Assembly (NCBI GenBank): GCA_963716255.1 | Contig: OY970303.1 | Location: 1,888,001-1,952,000, forward strand | Source of the DNA: an uncultured Gemmatimonadales bacterium | GTDB lineage: Bacteria > Gemmatimonadota > Gemmatimonadetes > Longimicrobiales > Longimicrobiaceae | Reading direction: 5' to 3' | DNA length: 64,000 bases | Shown here: piece by piece, positions 32,960-41,896 of the stretch | Layout of the letters: the number at the start of each line of letters is the position of its first letter | Numbering within the stretch: the first letter of the stretch is position 1 | Position numbers and translations under genes: made by a program | Notes under the pieces: generated by a model | What the model saw: only the letters and a program-made list of their open reading frames with translations | What the model was told of the DNA's origin: nothing | Database searches by the model: none

Positions 32960-33181
32960 TCAGGTCTTGTGTCGGTAGGTGATGCGGCCCCGGGTGAGGT
33001 CGTACGGGGAAAGGGAGAGCGTGACGCGGTCCCCCGTGAGGACGCGGATCTTGAACTTGGACATCTTCCCCGCCCCGTAGGCCAGGACCATGTGCCCGTT
33101 CTCGAGCCGGACGCGGTACTTTCGGTCGGGGAGCACGTCGGTGACGACGCCCTCTACCTCGATTCCTTCTTCCTTCGCCAT
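32960..33181 (-). CDS. infA: Translation initiation factor IF-1
   Basis: [13 protein letters not shown]...LENGH...GKM...[18 protein letters not shown]. Confidence 0.95.
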   Translation of the reverse strand: MAKEEGIEVEGVVTDVLPDRKYRVRLENGHMVLAYGAGKMSKFKIRVLTGDRVTLSLSPYDLTRGRITYRHKT

Positions 33182-33306
33182 GCACACCCCTTTCTGCCGG
33201 GGTGACCCCGCGGCGAAAAAGACAGAGCCCACGTGGTGCGTCAGCGGAGCACACACGCGGGCGGTTCGCGGTCGAGGACCCTCCGGCCTCGGGCGAGACG
33301 TTACTA

Positions 33307-34056
33307 TTAAACCCCGGTTCCGGGATCGTTCCCCGGCCCGCCGGGCCTGCGGGCGACGGCGAGCAGGTTCTTGCCCAGCGGCACGGGCACGCGCGACTCC
33401 ACGGCGCGCAGCAGCGGCACGGCCCAGCGGTCGTACGCGGCGACGTCGCCCCCGCCCAGCCGCCGCCGCATCAGCCGGAAGACGACCAGCCAGGGGAGGA
33501 TCCCCAGGCTGTCGAAGTAGCGCAGCCGCACCACCTGGAAGCCGGCGTCCCGAAGCAGGCGCCGCAGCGGCTCGCGGTGGTAGCGGCGGTGGTGGCCGAT
33601 GGAGGCGTCGAAGTCGCTGTACAGCCAGGAGAGCGCGGGGACGAAGACGCACAGGTGGCCGCCGGGCCGGAGCGTGTCCCACACGGCGCGCAGCTCGCCG
33701 GCGTCGTCGGCGACGTGCTCCAGCACGTTGACGTACACCACGGTGTCGAACGCCTGGAGGTAGCGGCCGCGCAGCGAGGAGAAGTACGCCTGCTCGGTGT
33801 GGGCGCGGGGCTCGGCGGCCAGGCGCGCGGCGAGCCGCGGGTACATCTGGTCGGAGGGCTCCGCGGCGACCAGCCGGCGGACGGGCTCGGCGAGGAGCAT
33901 GGCGGACACGTTGCCGCTCCCCGCGCCCACCTCGGCCACGGTCTCGCCCAGGTACGGGCGGAACTCGGAGACGATCCACCGGTGGTAGTTGCGGGCGAAG
34001 GACATGGCTTCCAGGTCCCGGCCCTCGTACACCAGCGGGGCGGCCTCTGCGCTCAT
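33307..34056 (-). CDS. Class I SAM-dependent methyltransferase
   Basis: EVGAGSG motif [15 protein letters not shown] and [11 protein letters not shown]. Confidence 0.9.
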   Translation of the reverse strand: MSAEAAPLVYEGRDLEAMSFARNYHRWIVSEFRPYLGETVAEVGAGSGNVSAMLLAEPVRRLVAAEPSDQMYPRLAARLAAEPRAHTEQAYFSSLRGRYLQAFDTVVYVNVLEHVADDAGELRAVWDTLRPGGHLCVFVPALSWLYSDFDASIGHHRRYHREPLRRLLRDAGFQVVRLRYFDSLGILPWLVVFRLMRRRLGGGDVAAYDRWAVPLLRAVESRVPVPLGKNLLAVARRPGGPGNDPGTGV

Positions 34057-34325
34057 CGGGGCGGTGCTGCGGAGTTGGTCGTCGGACCGGCCTCGCAGGC
34101 GCGCCGATGGGGCGCGGGCGGGCCGTCATGGCGGGAGACAAGGTAGCGCGGCGCGGCGCGGACGGACAGCGAGGGTCCGTTGCGGGATCTTCCCCACGGC
34201 GGGGTCGGGTTCTTCCCTCTCGGATCTCGGGGGCACGGCGATTATCTTGGGGGCGGAGTCGATTCACCCTTCAGAGGTCCGGCCGGGACGGGGCCCACCC
34301 GCTCCGCGGCCGCAGCGAGGCAGAC

Positions 34326-34565
34326 ATGAGCACGCACCAGCGCATCCTTCTCATCCGGTCGGACGACGACACCCACCGCGAGCTGCGCGTTCGCCTGGAA
34401 AGGCACGGCTACGACGTGTACGAGGCGGACGACGAGCGGGAGGGGGTGCGGATGGCGTGGGAGCTGGAGCCGGACCTGGTCATCGGGGAGGACTCGGCGC
34501 TGGCCGGGGAGCGCGAGCAGTCGCTGGACGATGTGGTCCTTGCGATCGGGACGCTGCTGGACTGA
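34326..34565 (+). CDS. Short degenerate receiver-domain-like protein
   Basis: RILLI..DD...LERHGYDVYEA.D..EG......PDLVI covers the first half of a REC fold only; GAGG RBS. Confidence 0.65.
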   Translation: MSTHQRILLIRSDDDTHRELRVRLERHGYDVYEADDEREGVRMAWELEPDLVIGEDSALAGEREQSLDDVVLAIGTLLD

Positions 34566-34673
34566 TCTCCGTCTCCTCACGCACGCGATCGGACGGGCGG
34601 GCGGGTGAAGGGGACGGCGCGGGCACGGCTCCTGCCGGTACGGGCGGGCTCACCCTGACGCCCTGGAGTGCGC

Positions 34674-34775
34674 ATGCCCGTCCGTTTCCGCTCCGCCGGC
34701 TGCCTGTGGAGCATCGTGGCCTCGGTGGTGCTCACCATCGTCCTGAACTTGCTGCTGCGGGTGTGCGCCGTGTAG
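34674..34775 (+). CDS. Small membrane peptide (33 aa)
   Basis: GGAG RBS; MPVRFRSAGCLWSIVASVVLTIVLNLLLRVCAV, one TM helix; below the ORF-track length cut-off. Confidence 0.6.
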   Translation: MPVRFRSAGCLWSIVASVVLTIVLNLLLRVCAV

Positions 34776-35033
34776 GCGGACCGCGGCGGGCGTGATCTCA
34801 TTGAGCCCCCGGCCAGCGAACTGGCCGGGGGCTCGCTCGTCTTGCGCGGTGCATGCTGCGGCGGGATGGGTGCTCCCTCGCGCGTGCGGCGGCGGTGCAT
34901 GGCGCAGGAAAGCGGCACGCGTGCTTAGCTTCGGTCGGCTCGTGACCCAACGGGCACGATCTGGCGCTAAAAGTGAGGCGCAATTATGCTATGGAGCGTG
35001 AGCCGGTCCGGTCCACCCCCTCCGCTCGAGCGC

Positions 35034-36395
35034 ATGGACGAGCCGCATACCTCCCCAGGCAATCTCCTCACGGCGACCCGGAAGCGCGGCGCCCCCCGCG
35101 GGCACATGCGCCACTCGGCCATCCCGCCGATGCCCAAGGATCCCCGCCGCGAGCTGGACCTGCTGCGGGACGACACCGGGCCTCTCGGCTTTCTCCTGTG
35201 GCGGATCATCTCGGACGTGCTGCTGTGGACGGGGTGCCCGCCCGAGCATCGTGTCGGGCTGTTCCGCGACGCGCGGGAGGGCAGAGGCGAGCCGCTGGCT
35301 TACGCGACGCTGGCCGCGCCCGAGCTGCGGGAGCCGCTCCGGGTGCTGCTGACTGTTTCCGTCACGCCGGAGCTGGCGGACGCGGGGGCGGTGGCGGAGG
35401 CATGCGCACGGGTCGTGGAGTGGGCAGAGGGTCAGGGTATGAAAGAGACGGCCGTGCAGTTCGCGGAGGCTGCGGCGCGGATCGAGCCGGAGGTGTCGCG
35501 TAGGGCTTACACGCCTGGACGGCTATGCAGACGGTTGGGTGCGCACCATCGCAGCGCGATGTGGTACTGGCGGGCTGCGCGGCTGGCGCGGCGGGCGCAC
35601 AAACTTGGTGTGAAAGGAAGCGAAATCGACTTTGCCAAGGCTCATCTGGGGCTAGGCAACTTGGAGCATGGACTTGGACATTACAAGCAGGCAGAACACC
35701 ACTTATTCAAAGCTGCACATGCCGCCTTGAAGATGGGACGAAAGTCTCTTGCAGCATCAGCGTATCACAGCCTGATTGGTGTCACATACGAACAAGGCCA
35801 CATAGATGTGGCACTTCAACATACGGAACAAGCCGCCCGCCTTTACCCTGCTTGCCATCCGCGTCTCCCGCTACTGGCACATGACATCGGCTTCTTCTGG
35901 CTGCGACAAAATTATTTCTCCAGTGCACTCCTTCTTTTCGAGAAGATACTGCCGTGGGTTGAAGGGCAGCATGAACGAATCTTGGTTCTTGCCAGCTTGG
36001 CTCGGTCTGCGGCAGCAGTCAAAGACCACATCAAGTTCGAGCACGCGGCAGCGGAGGTACTCGCCATAGCAGCAGCAGACAACGAACTCGCAGCTACGTC
36101 CCTCTACCACATCGCAGAGGGGGAACGGTCCTTTTGGAGGTGGGATAAGGCGGAGAGGCTCGCCACGCGTGCCCTCGGGTTAGCACGAGAGCGAGACAAC
36201 CTCCCTCTGGCTTCTGTTACGGCCTCCCTGCTTGATTCCGTTCGTGCGCAGAAGTTGGGAGACGTTGACACCGTACCTCCTAGAGGAAGCAAGATAGAAA
36301 CCGTAACGGCACTTGTCCTCCGGAAACTGCAAAAGCAACCCGCCCCGGAACTCGCGCCCGGGGCGGTTCCACCTGAACGCTATCCGACCGAGTAG
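35034..36395 (+). CDS. Tetratricopeptide-repeat protein (cytoplasmic)
   Basis: Successive TPR-like helix pairs (AYTPGRLCRRLG, AHLGLGNLEHGLGHYKQAEHHL, AYHSL....EQGHIDVA, SLYHIAEG); start uncertain (34986/35034/35106). Confidence 0.82.
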   Translation: MDEPHTSPGNLLTATRKRGAPRGHMRHSAIPPMPKDPRRELDLLRDDTGPLGFLLWRIISDVLLWTGCPPEHRVGLFRDAREGRGEPLAYATLAAPELREPLRVLLTVSVTPELADAGAVAEACARVVEWAEGQGMKETAVQFAEAAARIEPEVSRRAYTPGRLCRRLGAHHRSAMWYWRAARLARRAHKLGVKGSEIDFAKAHLGLGNLEHGLGHYKQAEHHLFKAAHAALKMGRKSLAASAYHSLIGVTYEQGHIDVALQHTEQAARLYPACHPRLPLLAHDIGFFWLRQNYFSSALLLFEKILPWVEGQHERILVLASLARSAAAVKDHIKFEHAAAEVLAIAAADNELAATSLYHIAEGERSFWRWDKAERLATRALGLARERDNLPLASVTASLLDSVRAQKLGDVDTVPPRGSKIETVTALVLRKLQKQPAPELAPGAVPPERYPTE

Positions 36396-36405
36396 GCTAC
36401 TTGGT

Positions 36406-36795
36406 TTAGTGCCCGGTACCCATCATTCCGATACCATAGAGCGTCACAATCAAGGAATCTGACGTCGTGCTCTCACCACCCGACCCCGCCATTCCCCCAT
36501 TATTTGTCGCTATGGCGTGACCACTTCCTGCCATCCCAATCCCACCATCTCCTTCTACGTAGTGCCCGCTTCCCCCTGCCCCGATTCCCGAGACGGAATA
36601 CCCGCTTCCCGCCATGCCGATGCCACCGAAGACCGAATCTGTTGGCTCGGCGAAGTGGCCGCTGCCCGCCCATCCGAGGTTATACCTCGCACCGCCCGAG
36701 CCGCTGTCCAGACCCGTTACGCTCCCAGCGTCCTGACAGGCCGACACCGTCACGGCCAGCGCGCACACTGCGAGGGTAAAGCGAATTCTGCTCAT
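36406..36795 (-). CDS. Small lipoprotein/peptide precursor with six xGxxG(S/T)Gx repeats
   Basis: GAGGA RBS, signal peptide with lipobox VSAC, repeats LGWAGSGH, IGMAGSGY, IGAGGSGH, IGMAGSGH, GGMAGSGG and IGMMGTGH-stop. Confidence 0.8.
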   Translation of the reverse strand: MSRIRFTLAVCALAVTVSACQDAGSVTGLDSGSGGARYNLGWAGSGHFAEPTDSVFGGIGMAGSGYSVSGIGAGGSGHYVEGDGGIGMAGSGHAIATNNGGMAGSGGESTTSDSLIVTLYGIGMMGTGH

Positions 36796-37038
36796 GGTTT
36801 CCTCATGGAGAGAAGGAGGGGGACGACTGTCTACGTCGTCAACTTACGCAGCACGGAATGCGTCAGCAACGATGGTATGGGACTAAAGCGTCACTCACGA
36901 CGGTACGCCTCTCCCGACCGAAGCATTCGTGAGTGACCACCTTGTGACGAAACGCCTCCAAAGGATTGACGCTCGGAATCACCCCAGCGTACCGTGGCCG
37001 CAGGCGTGTCCACAATGTCCACGAAGGGGTGAATCCGC

Positions 37039-37785
37039 ATGCCCACGATCCGGCCGCTTTCCCCGCTCGAAACGGGCATCCTGACTTACCTGAGCGGCGA
37101 GGCGCTGCACGGGCGCGGCTGGCTGCGCCGGGGCGTCCGCGGCTGGCGGCTGTACTCCGAGGTCAAGGACGAGCTGCAGGACGCCTACATCGCCGAGCGG
37201 CTGCCTCACCTGGCGCGGCTTGAGCTGCTGGACCGGCTGGACGTGGTGGAGTTCGGCAGGAAGCGCGCGACGCTCCTGTACCGCATCGCACAGGAGGGCG
37301 AGCGGCGGCTCGCGGAGCTGGAGGGCCGGCCGTGCGAGGCCATCCCCCCGCCGGAAGCCGAGGACCGCGGGGGCAACCTCTTCGTCCCGGCGCCCACCTG
37401 GAGCGCGCTACTGACTCTCCAGCGCTGCGCCCGGGAGCGGATCGGGCCCGTGCGCCTGGGCGAGCACGGGTGGATGTCCATCGGCGAGATCGGCGCGGGG
37501 CAGCCGACGCTCCGGCACGACGACCTCACTTGGCTGGTGCGGCGCGGCCTGGCCGAGCTGCGGAAGGTGTCTATCGGGGGGGGAGGAGGGATGCGCACGC
37601 TGTACCGGCTCACCGCGCCGGCAATGCGGGCGGAGGCGCTTGATGCCGTGCCCGCCCCAGGCGGGCAAGTGGAGATGGTAGAGACCCGGGTGCCGGAGGA
37701 GGCGGGACCCACGCGCGTGCCGAGCCGGCGGCTCGCGCCTGGCTCCGGGTCCCGGCGCCGCTCCGGCGCCGTGGGCCGGCCGTAG
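37039..37785 (+). CDS. Putative DNA-binding protein with two winged-helix-like repeats
   Basis: Two similar units ending L.R.(E/G)L........LYR(I/L)(A/T), the wing pattern of PadR/MarR-type wHTH domains. Confidence 0.6.
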   Translation: MPTIRPLSPLETGILTYLSGEALHGRGWLRRGVRGWRLYSEVKDELQDAYIAERLPHLARLELLDRLDVVEFGRKRATLLYRIAQEGERRLAELEGRPCEAIPPPEAEDRGGNLFVPAPTWSALLTLQRCARERIGPVRLGEHGWMSIGEIGAGQPTLRHDDLTWLVRRGLAELRKVSIGGGGGMRTLYRLTAPAMRAEALDAVPAPGGQVEMVETRVPEEAGPTRVPSRRLAPGSGSRRRSGAVGRP

Positions 37786-37859
37786 GCGGCGGCGGACATC
37801 CGGGTCCCGGGGCCTGAAACGTCCACGTTCGAGGTGCGGGACCCAGAACACGCGAGCAC

Positions 37860-38270
37860 ATGGAGAGAGAGGACGGAGGGAGCACGCTGGAGCGGGTCGC
37901 GCGGGAGGAGGCGGTGCGGAGGCTGCTGCGCCGCGAGCTTCTGCACCTGCCGCAGCGCCTGCTCTCGCCGCTTGTGGGTATCGACCGCAACTCGCTGCGC
38001 AAGTTCCTCGCGCTGAGCCGGCCCGAGCCCGCCACGTGGCGCCGGTTGCGCGCGTGGGCCGCCGACCACCCGCCAGCCGAGCCCGCGCCGGGAGCCATGG
38101 CCCTGGCGCTCCTGGCGGGCGAGTTCCCCGCCCCGCGGCGGCTGTGGGCCCGCCGCCGCCTGGCCGACGCCCTGCACGACCTGTACGTGGAATTGGACCG
38201 CCAGCCGCCGCCCTGGCTGGCGGAGGAGCTGTCGGACGTGAGCGACGAGCCCCCCGGCCAGGCGACCTGA
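37860..38270 (+). CDS. Putative XRE/Cro-like HTH protein
   Basis: LSPLVGIDRNSLRKFL...RPEPATWRRL fits an HTH pattern. Confidence 0.6.
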   Translation: MEREDGGSTLERVAREEAVRRLLRRELLHLPQRLLSPLVGIDRNSLRKFLALSRPEPATWRRLRAWAADHPPAEPAPGAMALALLAGEFPAPRRLWARRRLADALHDLYVELDRQPPPWLAEELSDVSDEPPGQAT

Positions 38271-38311
38271 CCGGGGGGCTCTCCCGTTTCCGAACCGCCG
38301 GAACGGTGGGT

Positions 38312-38971
38312 TCAGCTCTTCTTCTCGCTCCTCCCGGCGGGGAGCGGCGGCTTCCGTGATTCGCAGTCGTCGCGGCTGTAAAGGCCTCGCAGTGTCCTCT
38401 GGGCCGGGTCGTCGGCGGGGAGCTTGGCCATCACGGCTCCCTCCAGCGCCTCGACGTCATGCAGGTCGGTGAGGGTGGTGTCGATCTGGGACACGCTCGG
38501 ACGCGAGCCTTCCGCCAGGCGCACGACGAACACGTTCCCGTTCGACACGGAGTACCGCCGGCCGTCGATCTCCACACTCTGCCACAGGGCGTCGTAGTCG
38601 GCCTCGAAGCGCACTTCCGCGGCAGACGCTCCGTCGTCCAGACGCCAGCTCCGAGCAGCCGTGTGGTGATGGCCGTCACTGCCGCTCGACCTGCCGATCT
38701 CGGTGGCCGAGGCGGACGGAAGGAGGAGCACGACGTGATAGGCCGCTTCACCCCGCTTCTACTGCCTCCAGCTCACCCAGCGAGGCCCCCCGACGCTGAA
38801 GAAGCTCACGGGCTTTCCCGTGAAGTCCATGACGCTCGACGCGTTCGGGACCACCGCCCTGGAGGCGCGCATCCACGCCTCCCGCCCAGCCGGGAAAGCC
38901 ACCGCCGGGACAAGCACATTCAGCAGGACGAGCGAGACGGCGAGCGCGATCCACTTCGCGGAGGCTCCCAT
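38312..38971 (-). pseudogene. Exported hypothetical protein interrupted by one in-frame TAG (38759-38761)
   Basis: ORFs 38759-38971 and 38312-38731 are in the same frame; GGAG RBS and signal-like N-terminus at 38971. Confidence 0.6.
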
Positions 38972-39233
38972 GGCAATCTCCAATGATGGCGCGTGTCGGT
39001 TCGGCACAGCCGCGATGCGTCGTTGCGCCTCTCGAAGCAGGTTGCAGGCCGGTGCTCGCATTTATCTACAGTTTCCACGAACCACGCGGAAATCGGAGGA
39101 ACGCGCGAGAAAGAGCACGGGAGTGTGGGCAGCCGGGATGGGACACGCCTGGGACGATGGTGTGGCGGTCTAGCCTACACCGACCACACCCTTCACGTCG
39201 AGTAGCGCCCTTCCACCGCGAAGAGCAGGTCCG

Positions 39234-41633
39234 TCAGAACGACACCTCCAGCCCGAGGGTCGGGAGCGAGGGGAACATGCTGATCCCGCTGCGCGTGGGC
39301 GGCGAGTTGTCGAAGTTGTAGAAGTAGAACAGCGGATTCCGCTTGTTGTACATGTTCAGCACCTGGAGGTACGGCGTCGCCGTCCCCCAGCGCGGCCGGA
39401 AGGTGCGGCGCAGCGACAGGTCCAGCCGGTGGTACGCCGGGTAGCGCTCGCCGTTGCGCGGCCCCAGCACCACGGCGAAGGGCGCGGGCCCTTCCTCGTC
39501 CTGCGGCGTGCGGCGCACCACGCGGTATTCGCCGGAGCTGAGGTCGTAGTCCCAGTCCACGTACTGCCCCAGCGGCCGCGTGTAGGGGATGCCGGAGCCG
39601 TAGTTCCAGCGCGCCCCCGCCTCCAGCTTCCAGGGAAGGTCGTACTGGAGCACCAGGTCCACGTCCACCCGGCGGTCGTACACCGGCGGGTAGTCGAGGG
39701 TGGGCGGCAGGTCGCTCCACCCCTCCGCCAGCGGGTCGGGGAGCGTCTGCCGGGCGCGCAGCAGCGAGAGCGCGGCCCACCCGCGCAGCCGCCCGGTGGT
39801 GCGGCGCAGCATGAAGTCCATGCCGTAGGAGCGCCCGTCGCCCTCCAGCAGGTTGTCCGACTCGTCGTTGGGGTCGTCCGCGAAGTTCACCGCGGTCACC
39901 CCGCGGAAGCGACGCCAGTACCCTTCCGCCGAAGCGTACCAGGCCTCGCCCCAGTACCGCTCGATCCCCGCCTGCGCCTGGTCCGAGACCACGGTGGGGA
40001 TGCTGGCGTCCGCCACGACCCAGGTGTCGTTGGAGAGCGGAAACGACTCGTCGCGCAGGGAGTGGAGGAACTGCGTGTAGCGCCCCACCGCCAGCTTCAC
40101 CGCGCCGTCGCGCTCGCGGCCGAAAAAGCGCTTCACCGACAGCCGCGGCGACAGCGTGGCGTGCGTGGTCTCCTGCGCGCGCCACGCGTCGCCGCGCAGG
40201 CCGGGCTCCACGATCCAGGCGTCGTCCGGGCGCCAGCGGAGCTGGGCGTAAGCGGCGCCCAGCACCCCGTCGTCCTCGGCGAAGAAGAAGTCGGTGCCCC
40301 CGGCCGTGCTGCGGTTGCGGTAGTCCAGGCGGTTCCCTTCCGCGCCCAGCCGCACGCCCAGACGCGGCGACAGCTCGCGGGCGAAGTCGCTGCGCAGGGT
40401 GAGCTGCTGGATGCGCGAGGAGAAGCGCGTGTCCGCGAAGTCCACGAAGCCCAGGGTCTCGCCGAAGCTGGAGAAGCCCAGCCTCGTGTCCGCCACCCAC
40501 GCGCCGAGCGGCTGGCTCCAGCGAAGGCCCGCCACGTCGTTCCCCCAGTTCCACCGCACGCGCAGGACGTCGCCCGCGTCGTCGTCGTCGCCGGGCGGGT
40601 CGAAGTCGCTGAGGTCCAGCACGTCGCGCCCGGTGTAGCCGGTGAAGCGCAGCGTGCCCCCGCCCGGCGTCCCCATCACGGCACCTGCCTGGAGATCGGT
40701 GAGATGGTAGGGGAAGCGGACCGGCTCGGGGAGGATGACGTCGAAGTAGGAGCGGCGCGCGGACACGTACGCCATCCCCCCGTCGCCGCCGAGGAGCGCG
40801 GGGAGCGGGGAGCGCAGCGCGAGCCGCGAGGCCAGCAGGGAGACGCCCGCCTCGCCGGTGATCCCGGGCGCGGCGTCGTCGCGGGTCTCCACGCCCAGCA
40901 CGGAGGAGACGCGCCCGCCGTACTCGGCCCCGAAGCCGCCGGCGAGCAGCTCGGCGCGGGCGACCACGTCGGAGTTGAAGACGCTGAACAGCCCGCCCAG
41001 GTGGAAGGGGTTGAAGACGGGGAAGCCGTCCAGGAGGATCAGGTTCTGGTCGGCGGAGCCGCCGCGGACGTGGAAGGCGCTGGAAAAGTCGGAGGTGGTG
41101 ACGACGCCGGGGAGCACCTCGATGGCGCGCAGGACGTCTGCCTCGGCGAGGCCGGGGAGCAGCTTGAGCTCGCGCCCGGTGATGACGCGCGCGGTGACGC
41201 CGGCCTCGGTCTCGAAGCGCGCCCGCTCGCGCTGGGTGTCGCGGGTGCTGCGCACCTCGATGCCCTCCACCTCGACGGCCGCCCCGCCGGAAAGCCGCAG
41301 CTCCACGCCGCGGCTCTCGCCGCTGGCCAGCCGCACCTCCGCCTCGGCGGCGGCGAAGCCGATGCGCTCGGCCCGCACCCGCCACAGCCCCGCCGGCACG
41401 CCCTCGAAACGGAAGGCGCCCGCCGCGTCGCTGGGCCCCGCCCGCAGCTGCGCCCCTTCGGCGCGGAACAGCCGCACCGTGGCTCCGGCCACGGGCGCCC
41501 CCTCGGGGTCCAGCACCCGCCCCGCGACGACGCCCCCCGCGCCCTGCGCGCGCGCCGCCCCCGCGAGCGCCAGCAGGAGACCAAGGAAGAGCGCCGCCCG
41601 GTGGCGGCCGGCGTGTCCGGGTGCTGCGGTCAT
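39234..41633 (-). CDS. TonB-dependent receptor with carboxypeptidase-regulatory-like N-terminal domain
   Basis: Signal peptide, GRVLD...VAGATV, plug LPGV...VRGGSADQNLILLDG, YHRLDL, terminal Phe. Confidence 0.92.
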   Translation of the reverse strand: MTAAPGHAGRHRAALFLGLLLALAGAARAQGAGGVVAGRVLDPEGAPVAGATVRLFRAEGAQLRAGPSDAAGAFRFEGVPAGLWRVRAERIGFAAAEAEVRLASGESRGVELRLSGGAAVEVEGIEVRSTRDTQRERARFETEAGVTARVITGRELKLLPGLAEADVLRAIEVLPGVVTTSDFSSAFHVRGGSADQNLILLDGFPVFNPFHLGGLFSVFNSDVVARAELLAGGFGAEYGGRVSSVLGVETRDDAAPGITGEAGVSLLASRLALRSPLPALLGGDGGMAYVSARRSYFDVILPEPVRFPYHLTDLQAGAVMGTPGGGTLRFTGYTGRDVLDLSDFDPPGDDDDAGDVLRVRWNWGNDVAGLRWSQPLGAWVADTRLGFSSFGETLGFVDFADTRFSSRIQQLTLRSDFARELSPRLGVRLGAEGNRLDYRNRSTAGGTDFFFAEDDGVLGAAYAQLRWRPDDAWIVEPGLRGDAWRAQETTHATLSPRLSVKRFFGRERDGAVKLAVGRYTQFLHSLRDESFPLSNDTWVVADASIPTVVSDQAQAGIERYWGEAWYASAEGYWRRFRGVTAVNFADDPNDESDNLLEGDGRSYGMDFMLRRTTGRLRGWAALSLLRARQTLPDPLAEGWSDLPPTLDYPPVYDRRVDVDLVLQYDLPWKLEAGARWNYGSGIPYTRPLGQYVDWDYDLSSGEYRVVRRTPQDEEGPAPFAVVLGPRNGERYPAYHRLDLSLRRTFRPRWGTATPYLQVLNMYNKRNPLFYFYNFDNSPPTRSGISMFPSLPTLGLEVSF

Positions 41634-41731
41634 CGCGTCTCGCTGCGGGGCTGGGCGTGGCGTGCGCGCGCCGTGCCGGCGCACGCGAGCCGAGTACCCC
41701 GGGTGCGGGGGGAAGGGTTCACGGACGGCGA

Positions 41732-41891
41732 GGGGACAGGGGACAGCCGGCAACGGCGACCCCCTCCCCCGGCCCCCTCTCCCACGAGGGGAGAGGGGGA
41801 GAACGACACGGAAGTGGCGAGATTCGAAGCGTGGAGATTCCCCTCCCCCGGAACGGGGGAGGGTGGCGAGCCTCAAGCGAGCCGGGTGGGG
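41732..41891. repeat. GGGGACA heptamers plus two REP-like family D palindromes
   Basis: CCCCCTCTCCC-acga-GGGGAGAGGGGG (41773-41800) and an inverted near-copy of the 30339 element (41841-41891). Confidence 0.75.
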
Positions 41892-41896
41892 CCACC

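Noticed and set aside
36406..36795. Classical RiPP cluster interpretation of the repeat peptide
   Set aside because: No radical SAM, YcaO, lanthionine synthetase, peptidase or transporter gene is adjacent; kept only as an alternative.
38759..38761. Pyrrolysine or recoded TAG
   Set aside because: TAG terminates many normal genes in this window and no pyl genes are present.
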